From a virus (taxonomy: Duplodnaviria > Caudoviricetes), in IMG/VR virus record IMGVR_UViG_3300037755_000609, positions 1 through 29,906 of that record: 29,906 nt of DNA, one strand, 5' to 3'. Below are positions 1-6,480 of this stretch, piece after piece. The notes under the pieces were generated by a model, which saw only the letters and a program-made list of their open reading frames with translations, did no database searches and had not been told where the DNA came from. The number at the start of each line of letters is the position of its first letter. Position 1 is the first letter of the stretch. A program made the position numbers and the translations under genes.

Positions 1-2
1 AT

Positions 3-332
3 TTGTTTCAATTGATAAAAATTGGCGTTGAAAAAATAATGTCAAAAATAAATTGGGATAATAATAAAGAAACGAACACAGGGTATCGTAGTGCTGCAAC
101 GAACACAGGGTATCGTAGTGCTGCAATAGTTGACGGACAACAATCAATAGCACTCGCAACAGGATTTAAATCAAAAGCGAAAGGAAAAAAAGGATGCTGG
201 CTTGTATTAGCAGAATGGGATGAAGATAACTCAGAAATATTGAACGTAAAATGTAGGAAGGTTGATGGAAAAAGGATAAAAGCCGATGTTTTTTATATGT
301 TAAAAAACAATGTTTTCGTTCAGTTAATATAA
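3..332 (+). CDS. Phage protein with short 'TNTGYRSAA' repeats (likely 5'-truncated by window edge)
   Basis: Two TNTGYRSAA units followed by 'KAKGKKGCWLVLAEW...VDGKRIKADVFY', a C-terminus I recognise from phage hypothetical proteins. Confidence 0.7.
   Translation: MFQLIKIGVEKIMSKINWDNNKETNTGYRSAATNTGYRSAAIVDGQQSIALATGFKSKAKGKKGCWLVLAEWDEDNSEILNVKCRKVDGKRIKADVFYMLKNNVFVQLI
71..124 (+). repeat. Perfect 27-bp tandem repeat x2
   Basis: aacgaacacagggtatcgtagtgctgc at 71-97 and 98-124. Confidence 0.95.
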
Positions 333-350
333 CCGTAAAAAAATACAATT

Positions 351-497
351 ATGAGATATGCAATAGAAATATTAAAATCACAAGCGTTAAGGCACTCTAA
401 AAAAATTCAGGAACTGAAAAATTTAGATCATGAAAAGTACATTGAACAAATAAATACAGCAATTGAAGTTTTAATTGAAAAAGAAAAAAAATTATGA
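351..497 (+). CDS. Small hypothetical protein (48 aa, MRYAIEILKSQ...), not in ORF track
   Basis: Open frame from ATG351 to TGA, with ATGA overlap onto the next start at 494. Confidence 0.6.
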   Translation: MRYAIEILKSQALRHSKKIQELKNLDHEKYIEQINTAIEVLIEKEKKL

Positions 498-892
498 CTT
501 TAAAAACAGAAACAATATTAAACTACATGACCGAGCAAATGGCATTATATGCTAATGTAAGCATTGAAAAAATTAAGACAAGGAGAGGAAAACAACCTTT
601 ACCCGACTTAAGGAAAGCAATAATTCATATAGCTTTTTATGATAAGAGAATTTCTCTTTACAAAACCCAAATAGCAGATTATTTTGACTTTAATCATGCT
701 TCGATAATACATAGTTTAGAAAAATCAAATAATTTAATAGATACAAACCATAAGCCCTTTTTAGATGTGTTGAATTATCTTAAAGTTAAAGTTAACCTAT
801 TGTTAGGATTTTCAGAATACATGTTTAAAGGAATTGAAAGGCCCTCACTTGATCATGTGAAATTTGGGATACTCGGCATTTCTAGTTTTTAG
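494..892 (+). CDS. DnaA C-terminal-like HTH DNA-binding protein
   Basis: 'SIEKIKTRRGKQPLPDLRKAIIHIA...TQIADYFDFNHASIIHS' resembles the DnaA domain IV signature (IG..F.RDHSTVIHA). Confidence 0.7.
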   Translation: MTLKTETILNYMTEQMALYANVSIEKIKTRRGKQPLPDLRKAIIHIAFYDKRISLYKTQIADYFDFNHASIIHSLEKSNNLIDTNHKPFLDVLNYLKVKVNLLLGFSEYMFKGIERPSLDHVKFGILGISSF

Positions 893-1032
893 TTAAAAAA
901 AATTACGATATTTCAAAGTAAAGTGAATAACGATTATGTTGTCAGTTTTAAAAACACCATAGAACCGTGTTTTAAACGCTGTAGTTTAATTTTAAGTGGC
1001 ATATACATACAAACATACCCACGAATTTTTTA

Positions 1033-1464
1033 ATGGCTTATAACGCTTTAAATGGACTTATGAAAATATATAGAATTGATGGCAATAGATGTTTTTCTGA
1101 ACCTTCGAAAGGATTGAGTTATCATTTAACAAAAGAACTTGCTGAAAAACATTTAACTGAAAAAGGATTTTATTTAGAAACAAGAAAATGGGAACGCATA
1201 GGAGGACACGAACCAAATTCCCAAAACAAAATATGGTATAATAAAAAATTGTCAGACGATGGATATTCTTTTGATAATACAATATACTGTTTTATAACTG
1301 AAATTGACGTTAACGAGGGGGGGCTTAAAATGCACGAAGAAATAAAAGAAGCAATGGAAACAGCTTTACGGGCTTTTGAAAACTACGAAAAAGACGGATG
1401 CAAATTTTATGGATCAACCAAACACTTAGCAGTTCAACGATTGAGGAAATGTTTAAAAAAATAG
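1033..1464 (+). CDS. Hypothetical protein (possibly two ORFs joined across a G7 tract)
   Basis: ORF track; internal AAAATG start at MHEEIKE just after G7 at 1317-1323. Confidence 0.6.
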   Translation: MAYNALNGLMKIYRIDGNRCFSEPSKGLSYHLTKELAEKHLTEKGFYLETRKWERIGGHEPNSQNKIWYNKKLSDDGYSFDNTIYCFITEIDVNEGGLKMHEEIKEAMETALRAFENYEKDGCKFYGSTKHLAVQRLRKCLKK

Positions 1465-1468
1465 AGCG

Positions 1469-1945
1469 ATGGATTTAGAAAGCAGAATAGAACTTCAAAA
1501 AATAGATTGTAATTGCAACGACTGTAAGTTTATGGAGCGTGATTTAGTGAAGCATAAAAAATCTGTAGAACTTCATCATAAATGGCAATTAGATTATTTC
1601 AACACGATTAAAAATAAGATGATTGAAAAATCTAACTGGTGGAAATATAAAGGTGAAATTGAAAAAGCAGAAAACCTTATGAAAGAAGTGAAAAAAATGA
1701 AATTTCAATTTGACAAAAGCACAGCCTCAATAAATTTTGGTAAATGTACTAAATTCAAAAAAGACGTTTCATTTATACCAAACATTTGTCAATTAGAAAC
1801 TCAGGGATGTTTTGAACACCGGAGGTTGTTGGCAAGTGTTATAAAATCGGTTTGCAACCATCCGTGGGAACAATGGGAATCTATTATGGGCGATGGTGTG
1901 CTTTGCCGAAAATGCAATACTTTTATAAAGCAAACTGTTATTTAA
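1469..1945 (+). CDS. Cys-rich hypothetical protein; C-terminal module encoded by a cassette
   Basis: CNCNDC, C/C/C and CNH...CRKC motifs; reads through the GTT core at 1838 and stops in TAAC at 1943-1946. Confidence 0.7.
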   Translation: MDLESRIELQKIDCNCNDCKFMERDLVKHKKSVELHHKWQLDYFNTIKNKMIEKSNWWKYKGEIEKAENLMKEVKKMKFQFDKSTASINFGKCTKFKKDVSFIPNICQLETQGCFEHRRLLASVIKSVCNHPWEQWESIMGDGVLCRKCNTFIKQTVI

Positions 1946-1946
1946 C
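1838..1946 (+). mobile_element. Putative gene cassette A (integron-like)
   Basis: Starts gttataaaatcggtttgc (1838-1855) and ends in the imperfect complement gcaaactgttatttaac (1930-1946). Confidence 0.6.
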
Positions 1947-1961
1947 TTTAAAATGTAAAAT

Positions 1962-2261
1962 ATGAAAACAGAAACTGAGATTAAAAATTTAAAGAAACAA
2001 GTTAAAGAGTTACGTGAATTAGCATTAGCAGCAGGAATCCCACCACTGGTAGTTTATTTGCCTGAACTTGCTTTAAAGCAGATACATAAGGGCAAAAAAT
2101 TAAATAAACCTGTTGTTATAAAATCGTTGCCTATACCAGAAGTTTTCAGATGGCTTTTAGGCTATACGGACTTTCCAGAACGACAGAAAGGTGACGGGAT
2201 CTATTGGTGGCGTAAAGAACTACGGCAAAAATTAAAAGCCTTAAACATAAGTGTTAAATAG
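1962..2261 (+). CDS. Hypothetical protein; C-terminal module encoded by a cassette
   Basis: ORF track; junction peptide LNKPVVIKSL spans the GTT core at 2115. Confidence 0.7.
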   Translation: MKTETEIKNLKKQVKELRELALAAGIPPLVVYLPELALKQIHKGKKLNKPVVIKSLPIPEVFRWLLGYTDFPERQKGDGIYWWRKELRQKLKALNISVK

Positions 2262-2277
2262 GCAATGTTTCACAAAG
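2115..2277 (+). mobile_element. Putative gene cassette B (right core decayed)
   Basis: gttataaaatcgttgcctat (2115-2134) versus ataggcaatgtttcacaaa (2258-2276); shares gttataaaatcg with cassette A. Confidence 0.55.
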
Positions 2278-2326
2278 TTTTGGCTATGATGAGTAGCCCG
2301 ACCACAAAACTTAAATGCGAACGGAA

Positions 2327-2533
2327 ATGAAAGATAAAGATTGGATTGATGTAAAAATTAAAAAACCTGATTTTGAAAAAAAGGTGAAAGTTAAGCTTGA
2401 TAATGGTGAAGAAACTATTGGTTTTATAAATGATAACTGGCAAAGAACCTGCTGGCTTATAAAAGGGAGTGGTGGTATGTTTTGGCGTTCAATAGTAAAT
2501 ACCGTAACTCATTGGCAACTGATAGCCGAGTGA
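2327..2533 (+). CDS. DUF551-like phage protein
   Basis: 'WIDVKIKKP...VTHWQ' pattern; ATG2327 preferred as start. Confidence 0.75.
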   Translation: MKDKDWIDVKIKKPDFEKKVKVKLDNGEETIGFINDNWQRTCWLIKGSGGMFWRSIVNTVTHWQLIAE

Positions 2534-2542
2534 GCGTATGCA

Positions 2543-2671
2543 CTACAACGTTTGTATATGAAAAGTAGCGGACTACGAAGCACAAAACTATCAAACTATG
2601 AGAAACGATAATACGAGTACTAACCTTGCAAACAGCACTAAAACCGCTATTTTTTATATACGGTGTTATGT
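2543..2671 (+). repeat. attC-like hairpin 1 (~129 bp)
   Basis: caac-gttt-gtatatgaaaagtagcgg (2546-2571) pairs with ccgctattttttatatac-ggt-gtt (2644-2667). Confidence 0.75.
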
Positions 2672-2693
2672 GCTGGGCTTTATTCTTTTTTAA
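2598..2693 (+). CDS. Putative 31-aa leader peptide starting inside hairpin 1
   Basis: MRNDNTSTNLANSTKTAIFYIRCYVLGFILF; TAA at 2691-2693, one base before ATG2695. Confidence 0.4.
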   Translation: MRNDNTSTNLANSTKTAIFYIRCYVLGFILF

Positions 2694-3226
2694 AATGGAA
2701 ATACAAACCTCACTTTGGGAAAAACCAGTATTACCTACGGACATTGTTTATACTCCGTTGCGTGTTTCAAGGGGTATAATTAAAGAGTTAAACCCAAAAG
2801 GAAAATGTTTAGACCCATGTAAAGGCGATGGAGCTTTTTATAATTATTTGCCTGAAGGTGCAGACTATTGCGAGATTAGAGAGGGAAAAGACTTTTTTAC
2901 TTATAATGAAAAAGTTGATTGGGTAATTGGAAACCCACCTTACAGCATATTTGAGGACTTTTTAAAAAAAGGCTTTGAGATTGCTGATAATGTGAGCTAC
3001 TTAGTACCAACGAATAAAATATTTCAAAGGCAAATAATAATGGACATGATTAACCGATACGGAGGCATAAAAAGCATGATAATATACGGAAGCGGTCAAT
3101 TAATAGATTTTCCTTTTGGGTTTTCCGTTGGTAATTTCCATTTTCAAAAAGGTTACAAAGGGGAAGCGAAAGTAATAATGGGCATGAAAGCTATCTACGG
3201 AGGTGGTTTTTAGCCTTGCACATAAC
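2665..3226 (+). mobile_element. Putative gene cassette carrying the DNA methyltransferase
   Basis: gttatgtgctgggct (2665-2679) versus agccttgcacataac (3212-3226), tightly bracketing one gene. Confidence 0.75.
2695..3213 (+). CDS. Small phage DNA amino-methyltransferase (probably N6-adenine)
   Basis: Motif I LDPCKGDGAF and motif IV GNPPY; AAAATG at 2695 preferred over TTG2626. Confidence 0.88.
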   Translation: MEIQTSLWEKPVLPTDIVYTPLRVSRGIIKELNPKGKCLDPCKGDGAFYNYLPEGADYCEIREGKDFFTYNEKVDWVIGNPPYSIFEDFLKKGFEIADNVSYLVPTNKIFQRQIIMDMINRYGGIKSMIIYGSGQLIDFPFGFSVGNFHFQKGYKGEAKVIMGMKAIYGGGF

Positions 3227-3285
3227 GGACAGCGATATGAAACGTGCGAAAAACAGCACTTACTTTGATTAAATGTACTAACGTA

Positions 3286-3664
3286 GTTTTTAAAGTTTTT
3301 TAGGGAGGAAATAAAAATGGAAATAAATGAGAAAGAATTAATAGAAATTGAACAAATGCTATTAAAAACAATTACTGGAAACGGTTTAGCTATTCATAGA
3401 TTTATTGAATGGATAAAATTAAATAATTCATACATTTTACCAAGACCTAAAAATATTTGTGCAAGATGTTTAGGTCAAATGGAATATAGACCGAAAGGAT
3501 CATATCATAATTATTATTGTCCAAAATGTAAATTAGGTGAGGATTAAAAATAAATATATGAAAAATAAGGAACTTTTATTATTAGCGATTACTGATTTAA
3601 CAGAAAGTGAATGTGAAAAATTTTTAAATTATCTTGAAGCGGGCAGGCAAAAAACTTTAAAAAC
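3286..3664. mobile_element. Nested insert bounded by perfect 16-bp inverted repeats
   Basis: gtttttaaagtttttt (3286-3301) and aaaaaactttaaaaac (3649-3664). Confidence 0.6.
3317..3547 (+). CDS. Small zinc-ribbon protein
   Basis: CARC...CPKC near the C-terminus. Confidence 0.7.
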   Translation: MEINEKELIEIEQMLLKTITGNGLAIHRFIEWIKLNNSYILPRPKNICARCLGQMEYRPKGSYHNYYCPKCKLGED

Positions 3665-3923
3665 GGTCGAACAGCAAGAACCTCAATTAAATGAGCCGGA
3701 GCAAGCATGTTTTATATCGCATGTTAGCGGTAGTTTTGATGTGAATGACATAAAATGGGTAATATATTACGGACACACGAAAGATAAAAGAATATTTCTT
3801 GATGAAGAAAAAAGCGGACTTGACTATTTTCTGGAAGATGCTTTTAGAGGCACTAAAACCCTTGAAATATTTAAAGAAATATTCTGGAATAGGATACGGA
3901 AGTTGGTGGAAAATTACCGCTAA
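3558..3923 (+). CDS. Hypothetical mosaic protein (nested insert + hairpin arm + cassette)
   Basis: ATG3558 preferred; junction peptide ACFISHVSGSF spans the GTT core at 3723; stop lies in TAAC at 3921-3924. Confidence 0.65.
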   Translation: MKNKELLLLAITDLTESECEKFLNYLEAGRQKTLKTVEQQEPQLNEPEQACFISHVSGSFDVNDIKWVIYYGHTKDKRIFLDEEKSGLDYFLEDAFRGTKTLEIFKEIFWNRIRKLVENYR

Positions 3924-3924
3924 C
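3723..3924 (+). mobile_element. Putative gene cassette D
   Basis: gttagcggtagtttt (3723-3737) versus aaaattaccgctaac (3910-3924): 15 bp with one G-T pair. Confidence 0.75.
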
Positions 3925-4003
3925 TCGTTTATATCCGCACTTTACTAAATTAAACACATAAACTAATGAATAACAACAATTTAAAAAATAATAAAAATAA
4001 CGA

Positions 4004-4075
4004 TGTTTACTATAGTCATCAAAAAAAAGATGAAATTACTGATAGAATTATTTGTTTAATTGACTATAGTAAACA
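4004..4075. promoter_or_regulatory. Perfect 15-bp inverted repeat, candidate operator pair
   Basis: tgtttactatagtca (4004-4018) and tgactatagtaaaca (4061-4075); each contains the palindrome actatagt. Confidence 0.55.
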
Positions 4076-4099
4076 ATTATATATAATTAACTGACAAAA

Positions 4100-4288
4100 A
4101 TGAAAAATGACTACGAAACTAATATAGTTTCAGCGATAAAAGAAACGCATGGGACAAAGAGGGCTTTGTGTAAAAAACATAATTGGCCATACGACAACTA
4201 TCAAAGAAGGTTGTTGTGGTACATTAAAAAAGTAAATGAATGGTTAAAACCATTGGGCCTAAAAGTAGAATTAAGTAAGCTAAAATAG
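4100..4288 (+). CDS. Small basic protein, possible Cro/HTH-like regulator
   Basis: 62 aa; 'GTKRALCKKHNWPY...WLKPLGLKVEL'; flanked by palindromic sites. Confidence 0.45.
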   Translation: MKNDYETNIVSAIKETHGTKRALCKKHNWPYDNYQRRLLWYIKKVNEWLKPLGLKVELSKLK

Positions 4289-4300
4289 TTGCAAAAATCG

Positions 4301-4363
4301 CAAATATTTACTTAAATAAAGTAAAAATATTTGTAACTAATTAAATGATTATGCGTATATTTA
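4301..4363 (+). promoter_or_regulatory. Bacteroidota-type promoter with overlapping palindrome
   Basis: TTTG at 4330-4333 and TATATTTA at 4356-4363 (near TAnnTTTG); palindrome caaatattt/aaatatttg at 4301-4333. Confidence 0.5.
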
Positions 4364-4382
4364 CATATACAAATTAAGCAAA

Positions 4383-4661
4383 ATGAAAATAAAATATAAT
4401 TACACATTGACAAAGGAAGAATTAGTTAACATGCTTGTTGACGGGAACAATGGGTCCGATTTATGGACATTTTTACCGGACAACATGAAAGAAAAATTAT
4501 CATCTAAAATGGATGAACATATATTAACTAAAAGGGCTGAGTTAATCAAAAAAAGCAGGCCAAATCTTATTAAGATAGCAAGAAAAACATTAAATTTAAA
4601 CTTAAAAATACTGAATAAAGATAGACTAATAAGTTATACCTTAAATAATTACATGCTATGA
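4383..4661 (+). CDS. Hypothetical protein
   Basis: ORF track; lies downstream of the promoter candidate. Confidence 0.65.
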   Translation: MKIKYNYTLTKEELVNMLVDGNNGSDLWTFLPDNMKEKLSSKMDEHILTKRAELIKKSRPNLIKIARKTLNLNLKILNKDRLISYTLNNYML

Positions 4662-4828
4662 GAAAACAAGAAATACAACAAATCTACGCGAGATTTTTTA
4701 ACCCGAACAAAAGCCCAAGGCCAGGGTATTTTGGCTTTCCTATACATTCTAAACAACGTGGTAGGTTAGTTTGGAATAGTAGTACTCAAGGCACTTATGT
4801 AAGAGCCTTACACGGTGAATTAAAATAA
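4658..4828 (+). CDS. Small hypothetical protein (56 aa, MRKQEIQQIY...), not in ORF track
   Basis: ATGA overlap with the upstream stop; open to TAA at 4826-4828. Confidence 0.6.
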   Translation: MRKQEIQQIYARFFNPNKSPRPGYFGFPIHSKQRGRLVWNSSTQGTYVRALHGELK

Positions 4829-4835
4829 TAAAACG

Positions 4836-5141
4836 ATGAAAAAAAATAATAAATTTTACATAATATTATTGCTTTTAATTTCAAGCTGCACACCTAAATT
4901 GTTGAGACCTCCTGTAATTGCTTTACAGGAGAAAGTCGATTTAAATAAATTACACAACAAATCTTTTGTTATTTACAATCAATCTAATTTAAATGACAGT
5001 GTAACTACGTATTACTTTTATCATTTGTTCGATAGAAAGACCAGGGGGTATATTGATTCCCAAGAAAAATATGTCATTGGGGATACTATTTCAATAATAC
5101 CAGTTGGGAAGAAAGAAGCACTTATATTTAGTTATAAATAA
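4836..5141 (+). CDS. Putative lipoprotein
   Basis: MKKNNKFYIILLLLISS-C: basic n-region, hydrophobic core, lipobox Cys. Confidence 0.7.
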   Translation: MKKNNKFYIILLLLISSCTPKLLRPPVIALQEKVDLNKLHNKSFVIYNQSNLNDSVTTYYFYHLFDRKTRGYIDSQEKYVIGDTISIIPVGKKEALIFSYK

Positions 5142-5152
5142 AAAAGACTATT

Positions 5153-5308
5153 ATGAAAACAATAATTAAAATATTAATTATAATAGACATCATATGTTTA
5201 TTGTTAATATTAATTTCACCTTTTCAATTAAAGAATTTGTGTGCAATAATAATATTGCTTTCAATGCCTGTTATTTTGCTCGGAAATAATGTTATTGAGA
5301 AAAATTGA
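5153..5308 (+). CDS. Small two-TM membrane protein (51 aa), not in ORF track
   Basis: MKTIIKILIIIDIICLLLILISPFQLKNLCAIIILLSMPVILLG... Confidence 0.5.
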   Translation: MKTIIKILIIIDIICLLLILISPFQLKNLCAIIILLSMPVILLGNNVIEKN

Positions 5309-5328
5309 TTTAAAAATGTGTATTTTTG
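5295..5328 (+). promoter_or_regulatory. Bacteroidota-type promoter
   Basis: TATTTTTG at 5321-5328 matches TAnnTTTG, with TTG at 5295-5297, upstream of ATG5349. Confidence 0.5.
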
Positions 5329-5348
5329 TATAAATAAGTAACACAAAC

Positions 5349-5861
5349 ATGGAGCAAGGTGGCATATATAAATTAACTTTAGTTGAAAATAGAGGGCTAC
5401 AGCTTAATTATAATTCAAACAATGAAATTAATAGCATTGCCGGAAACGGGCGTTTAATAACAATTCAATATTGTCAATCACCTAATTTCAAATTTCAAAG
5501 AGTTATAGGGCTATCAAAATTATCATTACGGGAATACTCCATTATGTTTAGGGAGTTCGATTATGACGACATTGAATTATTATTATCAAGGTTAGAAACT
5601 TATTTCGGATATTTTCCAGTTATTTATTACTTAAATGGGGCCATTCAATTTATAGAAAGCCCAATGAAAATAACAAACGAACCTACATTTGAGAGTAACG
5701 CAACTCATTTTATACCTATTGAAATGAAAACAGAAGTTGATTCTATTGAAATGATAAAAAAAGTTGCAACCGATGTTGTTTTTGGTGAATCTCTTACAGT
5801 AGACACCACTCTAATAACAGTTGACAGTTCCTTAATAACCTCAGACCAAACAATTTATTAA
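5349..5861 (+). CDS. Hypothetical, possibly virion-associated protein with C-terminal TVDTTLITVDSSLITSD motif
   Basis: ORF track; terminal 7-residue periodic motif. Confidence 0.6.
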   Translation: MEQGGIYKLTLVENRGLQLNYNSNNEINSIAGNGRLITIQYCQSPNFKFQRVIGLSKLSLREYSIMFREFDYDDIELLLSRLETYFGYFPVIYYLNGAIQFIESPMKITNEPTFESNATHFIPIEMKTEVDSIEMIKKVATDVVFGESLTVDTTLITVDSSLITSDQTIY

Positions 5862-5863
5862 AA

Positions 5864-6121
5864 ATGAACCCAAAACCTATTTTAATTATTTACATTCCTT
5901 TAAAAGTTCAAAAAAGCGGACAATTACCTCATTTCAATAAGGTAATACAGCCTATTAAACAAGATTACCACGTACTTTTAATCATAAAAGATTGTCAATT
6001 CCCTGAATTTGAATTAAAGTCCGTTAAGGATATTGAAAAAATAGAGTTAAAAAGGTTACAGGAAATAGTATACAAAAGTATTGAAAAGCCAGTTGGTATA
6101 AATATGAATAAAGTAAAATGA
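5864..6121 (+). CDS. Hypothetical protein
   Basis: ORF track; tight operon packing. Confidence 0.65.
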   Translation: MNPKPILIIYIPLKVQKSGQLPHFNKVIQPIKQDYHVLLIIKDCQFPEFELKSVKDIEKIELKRLQEIVYKSIEKPVGINMNKVK

Positions 6122-6465
6122 CAAAAGAACAAAAGAAACAAAAAATAAAAGAGTTAACAGAGCTTCAACTTTCCATTTTAAAAGAAATAGGCAACAAAAA
6201 CAAAAGATGGAAACCTGCAGAAAGACCTTATGCCTCATTAAAAAGAGTTGGTTACATAATTTCCAAATCTTTACAGTATAGAAATATTGAATGTGAAAAA
6301 ATGATAATAATCTCACAGCCAGAATTTAAAACAGGGGGTATGGTAACAGGTTATCCAATCGGGGGAGAAATGATTATAAATAAAGACTTCAAACAAGAAT
6401 GCTTAAACGTGCTAAATCAATCAATTGTAGGTAGAGGAATTAGTAAAAAAATAGAATTTAATTAA
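6118..6465 (+). CDS. Hypothetical protein with tape-measure C-terminal-like motif
   Basis: IISQPEFKTGGMV...GGEMIIN. Confidence 0.6.
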   Translation: MTKEQKKQKIKELTELQLSILKEIGNKNKRWKPAERPYASLKRVGYIISKSLQYRNIECEKMIIISQPEFKTGGMVTGYPIGGEMIINKDFKQECLNVLNQSIVGRGISKKIEFN

Positions 6466-6480
6466 AACTTAAAAACTACC

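Larger units (their letters stand above)
3220..3729 (+). repeat. attC-like hairpin 2 with nested insertion in its loop
   Basis: taac-ggaca-gcgatatgaaacgtgc (3223-3247) pairs with gcatgttttatatcgc-at-gtta (3705-3726): 16 bp with two G-T pairs. Confidence 0.72.

Noticed and set aside
893-1060. Possible hairpin around tttaaacgc...gcttataacgctttaaa
   Set aside because: Pairing is too weak and AT-rich to support
1838-3940. Repeats as a CRISPR array or IS/MITE ends
   Set aside because: No identical direct repeats with regular spacers, no transposase, and no target-site duplications seen
3966-4094. 42-aa ORF MNNNNLKNNK...
   Set aside because: Low complexity and overlaps the inverted-repeat region; more likely non-coding
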